A DNA stretch of 63,691 nt, filler included, from Rhabdomonas costata (taxonomy: Eukaryota), in NCBI GenBank assembly GCA_019059605.1. It is 57 parts of 57 records of this genome, joined end to end, with 100 filler letters (N's around TTAATTAATTAA, not from the genome) between each part and the next. Parts side by side here need not be neighbours in the genome. Positions count along the whole stretch, not along the records: positions 38,070 to 39,088 come from JAHMHO010033177.1; positions 39,189 to 40,208 come from JAHMHO010033178.1; positions 40,309 to 41,327 come from JAHMHO010033179.1; positions 41,428 to 42,446 come from JAHMHO010033180.1; positions 42,547 to 43,565 come from JAHMHO010033181.1; positions 43,666 to 44,684 come from JAHMHO010033182.1; positions 44,785 to 45,803 come from JAHMHO010033183.1; positions 45,904 to 46,921 come from JAHMHO010033184.1; 49 more parts are not named here. The stretch is one strand, 5' to 3'. The notes beneath the pieces were generated by a model. That model had not been told where the DNA came from, searched no databases, and saw only the letters and a program-made list of their open reading frames with translations. The position numbers were made by a program, and so were the translations under genes. Shown piece by piece: positions 38,851 through 50,917 of the stretch. Numbering within the stretch: the first letter of the stretch is position 1; each line of letters starts with the position of its first letter.

Positions 38851-39088
38851 ATGATCTCTTTATTCGTTTCAAATAGCGATTCAAGAAATGTTAGTAAAAA
38901 TGGTTCACAGGTACAGTTAAGCTTAAATCCACCTGTCGTATTAGATCCAGAGAAAAAATATTACTGTAGTTGTGTAGAGTGTGACATTGTGTACTGTTTC
39001 GCTAACATTTTTACTGGTGTAAATGATAGATTTGTTTACACAGTTGGATCAACAACATATACACATTATTTTTCTCAAGGTATTTACA
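38851..39088 (+). CDS. Minor capsid (penton)-like protein of Polinton-like virus/virophage type, 5' part
   Basis: VQLSLNPPVVLDPEKKYYCSCVECDIVYCFANIFTGVNDRFVY...YFSQGIY fits the penton N-terminal pattern f...l..pi.L....y..al....i.ys.pNI....N..f.y...i..G.Y. Confidence 0.75.
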
Positions 39089-41705
39089 NNNNNNNNNNNN
39101 NNNNNNNNNNNNNNNNNNNNNNNNNNNNNNNNTTAATTAATTAANNNNNNNNNNNNNNNNNNNNNNNNNNNNNNNNNNNNNNNNNNNNGGGGTGTTTGAA
39201 CTGTTTTACAATGTAGTCAAAAATGGCAATGAGAATCCTGGTGATATGTACTGCGGCAAAGGCTTCGGCGGACAGCGATCTTGCAAGCAATTCCCTCAGT
39301 ACATATCACCAGGATTCTCATTGCCATTTTTGACTACATTGTAAAACAGTTCAACACCTCCTAATACTGATCATTGCGGTTCAAGACATGGATTTCTGCG
39401 ACTGGAACGCCATTATGGGATACACCACAGAGGTTGAAGCATCTTACAACCACGCAGCAGCCGTTCAAGTAACTGCCTCAAGCGTTGTCCAACTCGATTC
39501 CAGCCTTAGCACATTGGACGCTGCCTTTCAGGACCTTCAGCTCACAATGGCATTACATGTAACTGCCGCTGTCTCTCAGGAGCCGATGGGTCACTCTCAA
39601 CCTCTTGCAGTAATCAGCAACATGCACCGGGCGCCACTAGCTTACCCACTGAGGCAACTTTGTGAAGGCTGATACCACTTATCCACTTCAATGACGATCC
39701 ACAAGCCAAAGTTGTGGGTTGGTGTACCACCGCCGAGACCTTCGTGGTGTGACCAGAGGTGAAGGTGTAGGATCAAAAGGTCGTTTTAATTTTTGGTGGT
39801 TATCATAAAACTCCAAATCGGAAAATGAAGAGAAATAAAAGAGCAAGAGAGAGAGAAATGATTGAAAAATCACAAACCTCAGTTTACATCTATATCACAT
39901 TCAATTTGACACCAAATATTCTCACACAAGCGACGGTCTGGCGATATTTCTTTTCTTATATGTTGCCTTACAAAAACATCACAACCCTCACGTTTGTTTG
40001 GGCATGATGACAGAAAACACTGTACAATTACACTCCTGGATGCGCAACCGCGCTCACATTATCCTCGCCGTGAATGAAATGTGCACAATGGCGTAAATCT
40101 CTTGCATGGCACCGCAGTATTTCCACGTGGTAAGCACTAAGTGAGACATTGTATCCAGTATGATGTCACGATTTCGTGAAACTCTGACATTCCTACAAAT
40201 GGCAGCCCNNNNNNNNNNNNNNNNNNNNNNNNNNNNNNNNNNNNNNNNNNNNTTAATTAATTAANNNNNNNNNNNNNNNNNNNNNNNNNNNNNNNNNNNN
40301 NNNNNNNNAGTAGGCAAGATGGGCGCCGGCGCAGGCGGAGGGGAGTTTGTCCCCGAGGCACGGGGTGAGGTCCGAGACGCGCTGCTGGGCCGGCGCGCAC
40401 TGCTGGGGTGGGCTCCCGCCGCGCTGGCAGGGCGGCGGACGGAAAGGTCCACCGCAGGGACGTCGCCGGCCGGTGGTGTGGAAGGTTTGCCTCCCGCGGT
40501 CTAGGAGGCAAACAGAAAGGCACGATGTGGGGCGAAGCGAATAGAACTTCCCCCTTCCTTTCCTAGCACAATGTGAATTTCCCCAAAATAAAAAAAGACA
40601 GCACAACGTCAACAGGTCGACATGTAAACATCAACCCGCGACCCGCCGACATTCCTCCACCCCTACCTCCACTGCATTTCAAACTGATAATTGGTCATCA
40701 TAAAGTAGCAATCCATTCCCTGCTGTGCTTGCTTGTGTGCTTGCATTTGCTATTCCTTTGTGTTGATCAACTGCGCATCTACTTGCCTCGCTTTTGAGAT
40801 GCAACACTCGCCCTTGCTTCTGGGCAGCCGGCGCCCACGGGACGTGGCCTCGGCAGGGATGTATTGTGTCTGTTGTTTTGTAACCGGATACTATGCTGGA
40901 GCATTGGGCGACCCCCCCATTGCTAATCCAGCATTTCCCGTGGCTCACGTGGCAAGCGCGGATTTTGCCACGTGAGACGGTCTTGCATGATATTAGTAGG
41001 GTGCTGCTGCTTGTCAAATTGGTATGCCGCCGTAAGTCAGTTTTTCCACACTCCGCCCCCCAACCCGTTTTCTGCTGCTGCACCGTGCTGCGCAGCAGCT
41101 CTATTCCAACGGCTACCCGCACTGCTCCATTGCTGCTCGGGTCTCTGAGGCTCCGCGCTCCTTTTGGGGGCCTGGGGCATTCTCTCGCGGAAACGACCCT
41201 TTTGAGCTTTCCCCCCATCCAAAGCATACCAGCACAGGGGCAATGGCTTTTGAAACAATGTGGTGCATGTGATCAAGCAACCAAACGGGCCGTGTCCGCA
41301 AAACAGGAATAGTAAGGAAACCCACAANNNNNNNNNNNNNNNNNNNNNNNNNNNNNNNNNNNNNNNNNNNNTTAATTAATTAANNNNNNNNNNNNNNNNN
41401 NNNNNNNNNNNNNNNNNNNNNNNNNNNGTGTTGTGGTGTGGATGAACTTCATGACAGCAATGCTAAAGAGTTAGGATTTGAGAAGAGTTAGCCCAGCGTA
41501 TCTGAGCATATTTCATTTGGTCAAGTGACCTTGTTTCATTCAATCTTTCGATGAGGGTGGCAGAATAGTAGTGAGCCAATTCAAAGTCAAGAGAAAGTGG
41601 AAGTGGAATGGAAAAGACTAAATGGGTTACAGAGAGTTCGAAAGAAGGGGCCGATGGCCCTAAGCTGGTTCTGCGCGTCGCAAAAAGAAAAGTAGAAGCA
41701 ACAAC

Positions 41706-41920
41706 CTGTAGGGGCAAATCAGGGGAGCTCCGGAGGTGAGCGGCAACCGCCGCGGCGCCGTCGCTGCCCAGGGTGTTGTTGCTGAGGTTCAGGCTGCGCA
41801 GCGGCTGAGCGCGCAGTGCGCGTAGCAGCCGGACCACGGCATCGCACTCCAGATGGTTGCTGCTGAGGTCCAGTCCGGTGAGCCCCCCGACCCCAGAGGG
41901 AGGACCTGCCCCATCGGCAG
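41706..41920 (-). CDS. RNI-like leucine-rich repeat exon
   Basis: LTGLDLSSNHLECDAV...LRSLNLSNNTLGSDGAAAVA; AG/GT bounded. Confidence 0.85.
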
Positions 41921-42749
41921 CTGCAAAAGAGGCGGACCCAGCTGGAGATAAGCGCACATAGCAAGCCTGTGTGCTCCAGCGGGGTCAAGCGGCCAACCGC
42001 ACACACATCACTGCATATCTGACACAAACACCTGCAAGTTTTCGGGTATGCAGCATACGATTGTGGGAAAGTGAGACCCCAAAGGAGACTGCAGCATATA
42101 GGACACACGACGAGACGGGGCGGGGGCTGAGGACGCGCAGGTATTCAGCCCCTGTTGCTGTGTGCCTCAGCGTGGGTCAACCGTCACACGCCAGGCACAT
42201 CCCGCCTTGCTGACACCCGCTCCTTTTCGAGCATGCAGTAGAAGACTGCAGGTAGGGCGCTGCTGTCGAAGCACTACTGCCGAGGCGGACACGATTCCAG
42301 CTGTTGCTGGGAAGATAAGGATTGTCGTGACCTGTTGACATTGATTCTTTGCTGCGTGACAGGCGAGCAATGAGCTGAGCAGTATTCCGATTGAGGCTGA
42401 AGTGCGTGAAAAATATATCAAACCGAAAAACAAATTCAAAACAACCNNNNNNNNNNNNNNNNNNNNNNNNNNNNNNNNNNNNNNNNNNNNTTAATTAATT
42501 AANNNNNNNNNNNNNNNNNNNNNNNNNNNNNNNNNNNNNNNNNNNNTCACTCTTACCGGTGTGTCAGTCCTTGTGCAGTCCAACACCCCGACAACACCGC
42601 ATCAGCATCAAGGGTTAGCATCACGTCCACACTATGATGGTAAAGAGTATAGTGGTAGGAGTGTAAGGGTAAGGGCCCCGCAGGGACAGAAGGCCGCGAT
42701 GCCAAGCTGAGTCGTCACACCCGACACTCGCAACGCTCCTGTCTCCTGT

Positions 42750-43565
42750 TCCTCGGTTGGTTCGACTCTCACACTCGGCTCTCACAGTGTTCGTGCCTCC
42801 TGTTCGTGTCTCTCATGGTAATGGGGTATTCTTGGTCTCTCGGTCGTCGCTACGCTCCTTCCTCGTTCCTTGGTCGTCACAATCGCTCCGCTCATGTTCC
42901 TCCGACTGTTGGGTTTCTGTCTCTCGTCACTCACTGCGTTCGTTCCTCGTTCCTTGGTCGTCACTTCGCTCGAGTCCCTCGCTACGTTCCTCCTGACGTC
43001 ACTCCCTTCACTGCGTTCCGGTCGTTCCTCTGCATACGTTCTGTTGATCACGGTTCACACTCGACATTCACTGCGTTCATGTCTCCTGTTCACAAGCAAA
43101 GTATTCTGTATGTATTCGTGTCACTCACTCGCATCAGCTCGTTCGTTCCTTGGTCGCTCATTCGCATCAGCTCATTCGCTCCAGACGTCAGGATTCTCGG
43201 TTCCTCGAATCCTTCCTCTAGAGGCTGTTCGCTTCACCGCTTCACGGTTACGCTCACCCTACCTGCGGTGCTAGAGAAGAAGAGAGTGGGAGGAATGGAC
43301 CGCCTAATGGCGGGGAATGACGACCAGGGTAATGCCTTGATGTTAGAAATGCCCGCAAGGGGTATTTGCTGGTCGTCATGATGCTCAGTGCCTTCGCATC
43401 ATTCCTCCCTAGATGTGATGGTTCACTCGCTCCCCGCTACGCGGTACGCTCGTTCACATCTATTCCTACTCGCTACGCTCGTGGGGTTCTTGTTGTCGTC
43501 AGGATACTCCCTACGGTCGTATCCTTCCTCCTAAATGCGAAGGTTCACTTCGCTCCCCACAACAC
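42750..43565. repeat. Pyrimidine-skewed mosaic of short repeats (TTCCTCGTTCCTTGGTCGTCAC, TCACTGCGTTC, CGCTACG)
   Basis: The motifs recur at about 42860, 42943, 43143, 42932, 43008, 43068 and 43470. Confidence 0.75.
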
Positions 43566-43908
43566 NNNNNNNNNNNNNNNNNNNNNNNNNNNNNNNNNNN
43601 NNNNNNNNNTTAATTAATTAANNNNNNNNNNNNNNNNNNNNNNNNNNNNNNNNNNNNNNNNNNNNAAAGGGCCAGGCAATACATGTCAGCACCCTTGAGA
43701 TTATCACGGGTTAGGGACGGGGGGTAAGGGGAAATCCAGTGCTCCAGGGATGAGATTGCTTAGTAGCTCAGAATTGCTGCTGGTTGGGTACAAGTTTAAG
43801 AGCAAAGGCGAGCGAAGCAAGGGCAAGACACCGCTGGGGGGACTTTAAAAGACGTTTTTTAAATACTCCACAAGGATTGTAATTTCCGTTACTCCCTCCC
43901 CACTGAAC

Positions 43909-44121
43909 TTCATGAGCACCCCGCGCCGCACCTCGAAGTCCGTACACCAGGCAGGGCCGGGTGTCACCCAGCCAGTACGTGTTGATGATCAGGATGGTGG
44001 CCCGGGAGCGGTCGACCTCGCTGAACCACCCCTGCACCCCCTCGCAGGCTTCAGTGAAGCCCCCGCTGTCCGTCTCTTGTGCTCCCTCGAAGGCCAGCAG
44101 GAGGTTCACCGGAAAATTGGC
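43909..44121 (-). CDS. M20 family dipeptidase exon (CNDP/Dug1/Dug2-like)
   Basis: FPVNLLLAFEGAQETDSGGF...WF...INTYWLGDTRPCLVYGLRG. Confidence 0.85.
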
Positions 44122-45382
44122 CTGAGAGCGGAAGGGAATGGGCGCTAGGAAGAGCAATCAGGAATGACCCAAAAAAATCATCCAGCGGGGCTGTCATATG
44201 CAATGGAAGAAACGATTATTAAATGTGGAAGATTGTTGCTTTGGCATACGCAATGGTAATCAGATGACCATTGTTTTAACTATTTCCATTTATGAATGGC
44301 TTGCATGGTGAGTTTGAAGAACGTTCGTTTTAGCTTCTGAGCGACGGGCAAGTGCCTTACCCGCCCCCTCACCTTGGACTGCACTTGCATCAGTCTGATT
44401 GAGTGGGGGAATGCGAATCGCGCTCACACGGGGCATAAACACACACTCACACACAACTTGACGCAGGTCCCAAAAATAGCAGCGGGCATTGGTAAGAGGA
44501 ACGTACCATCGTCCCGTCGGCGGCCTGACTCCCAGCCTTGAGTTCCTGAGGGTAAGTTGCAAGGAAAGTCAAGGGGCGTACATAGTCAGAACGGACATGA
44601 AGTCAAAGAAGTCAAGAAACCAAGGAAGGCAGCGGAGTGGTAGGGGAGCAGGTAGGGGAGGTATACAAGAACATACACACACACNNNNNNNNNNNNNNNN
44701 NNNNNNNNNNNNNNNNNNNNNNNNNNNNTTAATTAATTAANNNNNNNNNNNNNNNNNNNNNNNNNNNNNNNNNNNNNNNNNNNNGACCGTCTCGACACCT
44801 ATTGCATTTATTCGGGTTGTTGTGAAAGCTGTGCCAAATTTTGAAGAGCCTGTGAAACAGTGCCTGGTGTGCGGAGCTCGTGGTCGAGGTCTTATTTATG
44901 AATCACACTTCAATAATCCCTAACCCTAATCCCGTGTACAGCCGGACACAGGAGCACTGCACATTTCCTCCTTATGACACTGAGAGGCACCTCAGAAACC
45001 GGGCTGCCACGTGCCGTGGGCTTGCTTTGCGGAGGTGAGAGGGGAGCCTTGTCGCCGGTCTCCTGTGTGCGAAAATAGGACTTGTCGAAAAAGGCGACCC
45101 CACCTCCCTGGGCCTCTTTCTATCGGCCACCAAGGACACGAGAAAATCATGTAAAGAGTGAACAATTATTGCCCTGCCATCGGCGGAAAGGGAGAGGAAG
45201 GGGGTAGAGCCACCAGTCCAGGCAAGTGTGAGCCTGAAAAAGAGACAGCTATCGTTCAGTCGAAGAAGGCTCAGCAATGTGTTGGGACCACTCAAGCTTG
45301 TAAATCACGACGGAGAGCATTTCCTGCAAATGGGGGTTGTTGGATGGAGCACATTTTTTTCTGGAAAGAAGGGAGGGAGGAC

Positions 45383-45586
45383 CTTGTCCATCTCGTCCGC
45401 AATCCCTGAGACCAACCGGTTGACGAAGCCCCCTCCCGGAAGAAGGGGTCCTCGGCACACGGGACAACTCTGCAGACCGCCGCGGCAGCCCTGGCACACA
45501 CAGTGCCCTTGGGAGCACACCAGGAAGCACTGCCGATTCCCAGTGTTGTACCTTTCCATACAAATGGGGCACTCCAAAGAGCTCAT
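45383..45586 (-). CDS. N-terminal RING-HC finger, first exon
   Basis: MSSLECPIC...CSQGHCVCQGC...CPVCR...NR; donor at 45382. Confidence 0.88.
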
Positions 45587-46406
45587 TATCCCGACGAAGA
45601 ACGGGCAGAGGGCGGAGAATGGAGAGCTTATCTTCCAAACCGTTCCATTAGCGTACAGAACAAAGATAACAGAAAGCAAGCAAGCAAGAAAATACAATCA
45701 ACAACCTGCGGTCAAGAAGGTTCAAACCAGAAAGGTGTTTCACCGTTTTCAGCAGGTGATGCTGACCGATCCGTCGTGCAAAAATACGAAAAGAAAAAAC
45801 ACANNNNNNNNNNNNNNNNNNNNNNNNNNNNNNNNNNNNNNNNNNNNTTAATTAATTAANNNNNNNNNNNNNNNNNNNNNNNNNNNNNNNNNNNNNNNNN
45901 NNNGTGGGGGTGTCTTTGCATTGGGGTTCAGTTTTGGAGGGGAAAAATGGGAAGTTAGCGGAGGTGAGGAGGCCTTAAAACGCCAAAAGGACCAGTTTTT
46001 AAAACACTGTATGTGTGTTCATTGTTTGGTTTCATTGTCGGGCCAATAGAGCTTGGTTTTTTGAAAGGTAAGGGGTTGTCCGTTCGTCTAATAAGTATGT
46101 TTTGCATAACGAATCCAATGCGCCAGTGAGGTTTCCAAAGGACCCCCGCCCTGTGTGGGTGTGCGTGCCGGTGTCCTCGGCGGATGTTTTCTTCTTTGTG
46201 TGTGTGTGTGTGCCTTATATCTTTGCATTAGTTTAGGACGGACAGAAACCAAGCCTGCCTTGTCTTCACACACTGGTTTTGCACCGGACGAGTCCGTCTT
46301 TTTTGTTTTTCCCCCCTTGTTTTGTTCTCGGGAAGACTAGAGCAGTGCGTGCGTGGGTGGGTGCGTGCGTGCGAGTGTTGTCGTGTGCCGGTGGGGACCA
46401 TTACAG

Positions 46407-46558
46407 GGGGGAAACCGAAGGAGCGTAGGGAGAGCCGCTACTACTGCCCCAACTACTGCGCCAACTGCGGCGCCGCGGGGCACTACTCCCGAGAGTGCCC
46501 CCTCCCCCGCAGAGACTTTCTGAAGGCCTGCGTCGTGTGCGGGCGCTCTGACCACCTG
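46407..46558 (+). CDS. CCHC zinc-knuckle exon resembling ZCCHC7/Air1-2
   Basis: RYY...CANCGAAGHYSRECPLPRR...CVVCGRSDHL; AG/GT bounded, so a host gene rather than gag. Confidence 0.75.
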
Positions 46559-49500
46559 GTGCGCGAGCGCCCCTCCCTTGCTCCCCTCCTTTTGGAGGCA
46601 TTCGCGCGGGTAGCTCGCCTGGACCTTCGATTGGTCCTTCGATGGTACTTAGCGAAAAGTTGATCGCCTCAGCTTCCCACCAGCTTCCCACCAGCTTCCC
46701 ACCGCCCCAAATTAGTAGACGCACCGTATCTTCTTAGCCAGGGGACAATCGTATTGGGGCGTTAAACGTTCTGGACTTTGAGGATCGATTGTGACAACAT
46801 TAGTTTAGCGGCGGAAGCCAGTCCGCCATGGCGGGGGGCGGTGTTAAAGGTTTATCACCATGCTGGGAGCTACATGACCTTCCCAGGCCGTCACAGCCCA
46901 CGCCTCCCCAAAACCCAAACANNNNNNNNNNNNNNNNNNNNNNNNNNNNNNNNNNNNNNNNNNNNTTAATTAATTAANNNNNNNNNNNNNNNNNNNNNNN
47001 NNNNNNNNNNNNNNNNNNNNNGTGTTGTGTGTTGGGGGGTTTTCATCGGTGAGGCGCGGGCTTTCCGGGTTCGGATACTAACAAGGGAGAACCCGGAGGA
47101 CGACCGGATCTCTGGTCGGCACTCCCGAGTTCTGCTGCAGCGGGCTCTCAGGTTGGTGCACTGAGGCTTTGCGGCTTTGCGTCACCTGCAGTGTGCGTGC
47201 CGTAAATATGTGTCCGAGAAAGGTCTATGAGATGTTGTTCAGATGGTTTTTGCGCTCGGCATGAGCGTGCGGGCCAGACCCATGAAGAAGCCGCACATAT
47301 ACACTTGCTCAGAAGTAGGCAGGGGTCAGTCCGTGCTTCTGGTGAGTTGGAAAGGTGGTGACAGGATGTCCAGTTTTATGGACTCGTGAGGGGTCACTGA
47401 GACCCTCGAAAGTATGGGGGATGCCCCCTCCCTCGCCTCCTTTTTCCACTTTTCAATACTCCTCCGTGATTTTTGGTCCATAGGTGTGAATGTCCCATTC
47501 AGTCCGTAAGTCAGTCTGTCTGCTGGTAAGCCTCTGGAGATTCCCCCCGGTTTTTGGTTTTCACTGCAGAGCAGCCTCTGCGTGGGCCCCTGCTGGCGGC
47601 TTCGTTCGACTACTGCTGCCGCGCCTGCCCTGCTCCGCGCTTTCGGTGGAGATCCGCGTAGACGGTGCTGGCTTCCACCCTCTGAACCACAATGCTACGA
47701 CAAGCCCAGGCAGCTGGGGCTCCATCTCTCGAACGGTGCTCCTGTACTGCTCCTCTCTATGGGAGCGGTGGCTTCGGCAATGGCCGGTGCGCCCGCGAAG
47801 GGCTCGTCTACAGGCTCAGATCCGCCGGATGGCCGCGCAGCGTGCGCGAACTTACGCTGAGATGCTGCGGGAGCTGCCGTGAGAGTCGGTGGCGGGGCTG
47901 GTTCATTGTGCCTGCCCCCGGCGGCCCCTGCCAGAGGATCCGAGGGTCGGCGAATGTCCTCTATTGGGTCATGAGAACTGGGCAGACGGCCCACCGGAGG
48001 GCACCGAACGGGAATCGGCGGGTTCTTATTCCCCAAAACANNNNNNNNNNNNNNNNNNNNNNNNNNNNNNNNNNNNNNNNNNNNTTAATTAATTAANNNN
48101 NNNNNNNNNNNNNNNNNNNNNNNNNNNNNNNNNNNNNNNNGTGTTGGTGTGTTTGGGTTGTTGTGTGGTGGAGACAATGGAAAAGTGACGGGTACGGAGG
48201 GAAACAATAACGGGGGTGGAAGAAAAAGTGAAAGGAAGAGAAGTGCCTGTGCACGGCGAGACGTGTGTTGAAGCTTATATAAGCTGTGTGACTTGCATCC
48301 TTTCTCTTGGCATATGGCGTGAAAACAACGCATGAGCTCCCATTGCCTCAGAAAAACCTGATACCTTTCAGCCTTCCAGTGGGTAGCCCGCTTTGCGGTA
48401 TTCCTGTCATATCAGCGCTAGTATCTTTTTCGGGTCAATTCTTCTGACACTGAAGATCTTCGGTGGGCGCAAACGTTCTCTCGTGCTCGCACACACGCAA
48501 ACTCTTGTTCTGCTTCTTCATTCAGTCTCCCTACGAGCTTCAACAATTATCTGTTTGCCCTTCTTCGCTAAGCGTGTTCGCCCCCCTCCCGTTATTGTTT
48601 CCCTCCGTACCCCTCACCTTTCCATTGTCTCCATCAAAAAACAGCTTCTGGTTCGCTTCATGCTTAGATGTACACCACCCTCCGGGCGGTTTGGTACACC
48701 CTCATATTCTTCCTGAACCTCTTAGGCTTTTTTCTTAATTGCCAATTATTGCTTACCCGATTAATTGTGATTCTGCACGACAAACCATGGCTTCTGTTAT
48801 ACCCTGTGTCATGGCAATAAGCGCACTGCAAATAGTGAAGGGCAAAAGCCCGCCGCTGAATCACACTGGTAATGAAGCGAACTTCCCTCCATCAAAAGTC
48901 ACGGGGTAGAACTCGTGCGCTCACAAAAAGGAACTCCAAGCTGTACAGAGGACAGCAGATCACACCCACGAAGTTCTACAAAAAGCGCGTCAAATTTTGC
49001 ATTACTTCCAACGTGAAAGATTTGGACAACGGAAGAAAAACTCAACATGACAAAAGACATGCACAGCAAGAAGAAACAAAAGCACCTGAGACACGAAAAA
49101 AGAGCACACGTCCCAATGCCCATTCCTATCACACATCTCTCAGACAAGCACCCACAACCNNNNNNNNNNNNNNNNNNNNNNNNNNNNNNNNNNNNNNNNN
49201 NNNTTAATTAATTAANNNNNNNNNNNNNNNNNNNNNNNNNNNNNNNNNNNNNNNNNNNNTGTTTTTGTTGTGCGGCTTGTGGTGTCGCGTGCGACGGTGT
49301 GGATGGGTGGCCTGTAATTGACTGGGAGTGAGGTCGATGAGGGTGGTCCTCCGCAGCACTCTTGCTGCTGTGGTGGTGATGGTGCTGTTCTCTTTGGGTC
49401 TGTCTGGAGGCCGTCTGGGGCTGCTTCCGCCACACTGGGGCGGCACCCCGGAGCACACCTGTTCCTGCCCTTCCTCGCCCATGCCTTCACCGAAGACGCC

Positions 49501-50079
49501 CCCTCACCCCTCAGGTGCACTGCCGCTGCCACTGCTGCGGCGCAGGCCCGCGTCTACATATATTCCCCCCCCTCCCGAAACAGAACGAACGCTTCCTTTT
49601 CCTCAGAGCGTCATAGAGTTAAGCCCGCGTCGCGCTTGGCGACCCCTTCCTCGGATATGGAGCATAGTATCTATGGATACCGTGTTCTCTGTGGTTTGCT
49701 CCCCTCTGTATTCTGCATCTGTATCTGCATCCTTTCAACGTCCTGTCGTTTTTCCTGCCCTCAACATCACCAACTGCGGAAAGAAACTAAACGTCGCCAC
49801 CACAGACCAATTATAGATTCCAAGAGCCGTGGGACGGTGCAGGCCCGCCACATCCCACAACACTTTACTTCTCAACCATTCTTCCCCGTCTCAACCCTTC
49901 CTCGTCCCCTTTTCGGATGTCGGATGTGTCCTGTACCTCTCCCCCGCTTTCTTCTCGTTTTTCTTGCATCGGTCCTTTTCTTTAGGGTTGGGTGGGGGGC
50001 GTTAAACGGTATAACGGCGTTATACGTTGTAACGGGGTCATACGATCATGGGGCGTTGTATGAAAAAAAAACGGTTTCT

Positions 50080-50155
50080 GGCCATTCTGTTGTCTTTCAA
50101 GTTGGTCAGTGTTGGTGGTAGGAATTTATTCGTTGCTGGGCTTTACCCAACAAAA
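50080..50155 (+). repeat. Dispersed repeat family, second copy at about 60478-60557
   Basis: ccattctgttgtctttcaagttggtcagtgttggtggtaggaatttattcgttgctggg closely matches 60481-60539. Flanking motifs (ggggcgttaaacg, ttagtttag.ggcgga) recur at about 46756-46816. Confidence 0.75.
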
Positions 50156-50623
50156 GGGATTCGATTAGTTTAGAGGCGGAGTTTCGTTCTTCGTCGTATA
50201 ATGGCGTTGTATCCAACAGCTCCTGCTCTGGCAGTTCCGCCCATTTCAGAAAAAGACTTGTATGACGTTCAAAACAAANNNNNNNNNNNNNNNNNNNNNN
50301 NNNNNNNNNNNNNNNNNNNNNNTTAATTAATTAANNNNNNNNNNNNNNNNNNNNNNNNNNNNNNNNNNNNNNNNNNNNGGGGGTTTGGTGGATGGAGGAG
50401 TTTTGTGCCGGTTGTTCTTTTTCCTCACTGGCAGCTCCCATATGTCTGTCGAGCTAACTAGCATTTCCCTCGTATTCCACAGTTCTCATCACATTCGGCA
50501 TTCTCTTTTCTTTTCCCGGCTTCTCTTTTTTTCTGAACTGCCACAGCGCCAGTGCTGTACACGACGCACTTTGGTTGTGAAAATGCAAAGGGAGGGTTTT
50601 GCGTATACGGTGCAGGGGCCCAG

Positions 50624-50917
50624 GTGCGGATCCAAGGAGTGTGCCCTGCCTTGGGCGAGCTCTCACTGTACCACCTGCTGGCCCCCTTTGGGGCGATCCT
50701 GGGGGTCACCCTCCCGCGGCACCCCGCAACCGGTGCCCCCAGAGGAGTGGCCTCCGTGCAATTCCTCCGGGCCTCTGACGCCCGCGCCGCGGTGCAGGCC
50801 GTGGCAGCCGTGCAGCAGCTGCAGCTCAGCCTGGGCTTGTTGGGACAGCAACCGAGGCCCCAGCAGAAGCCCGAGGGCACCTTCGGGGCCCCCGATGCAC
50901 GGCACCAGTCATCATGA
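50624..50917 (+). CDS. RRM-domain terminal exon
   Basis: VRIQGV...LYHLLAPFGAILGVTLPRHPATGAPRGVASVQF...ARAAV. Confidence 0.8.
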   Translation: MRIQGVCPALGELSLYHLLAPFGAILGVTLPRHPATGAPRGVASVQFLRASDARAAVQAVAAVQQLQLSLGLLGQQPRPQQKPEGTFGAPDARHQSS

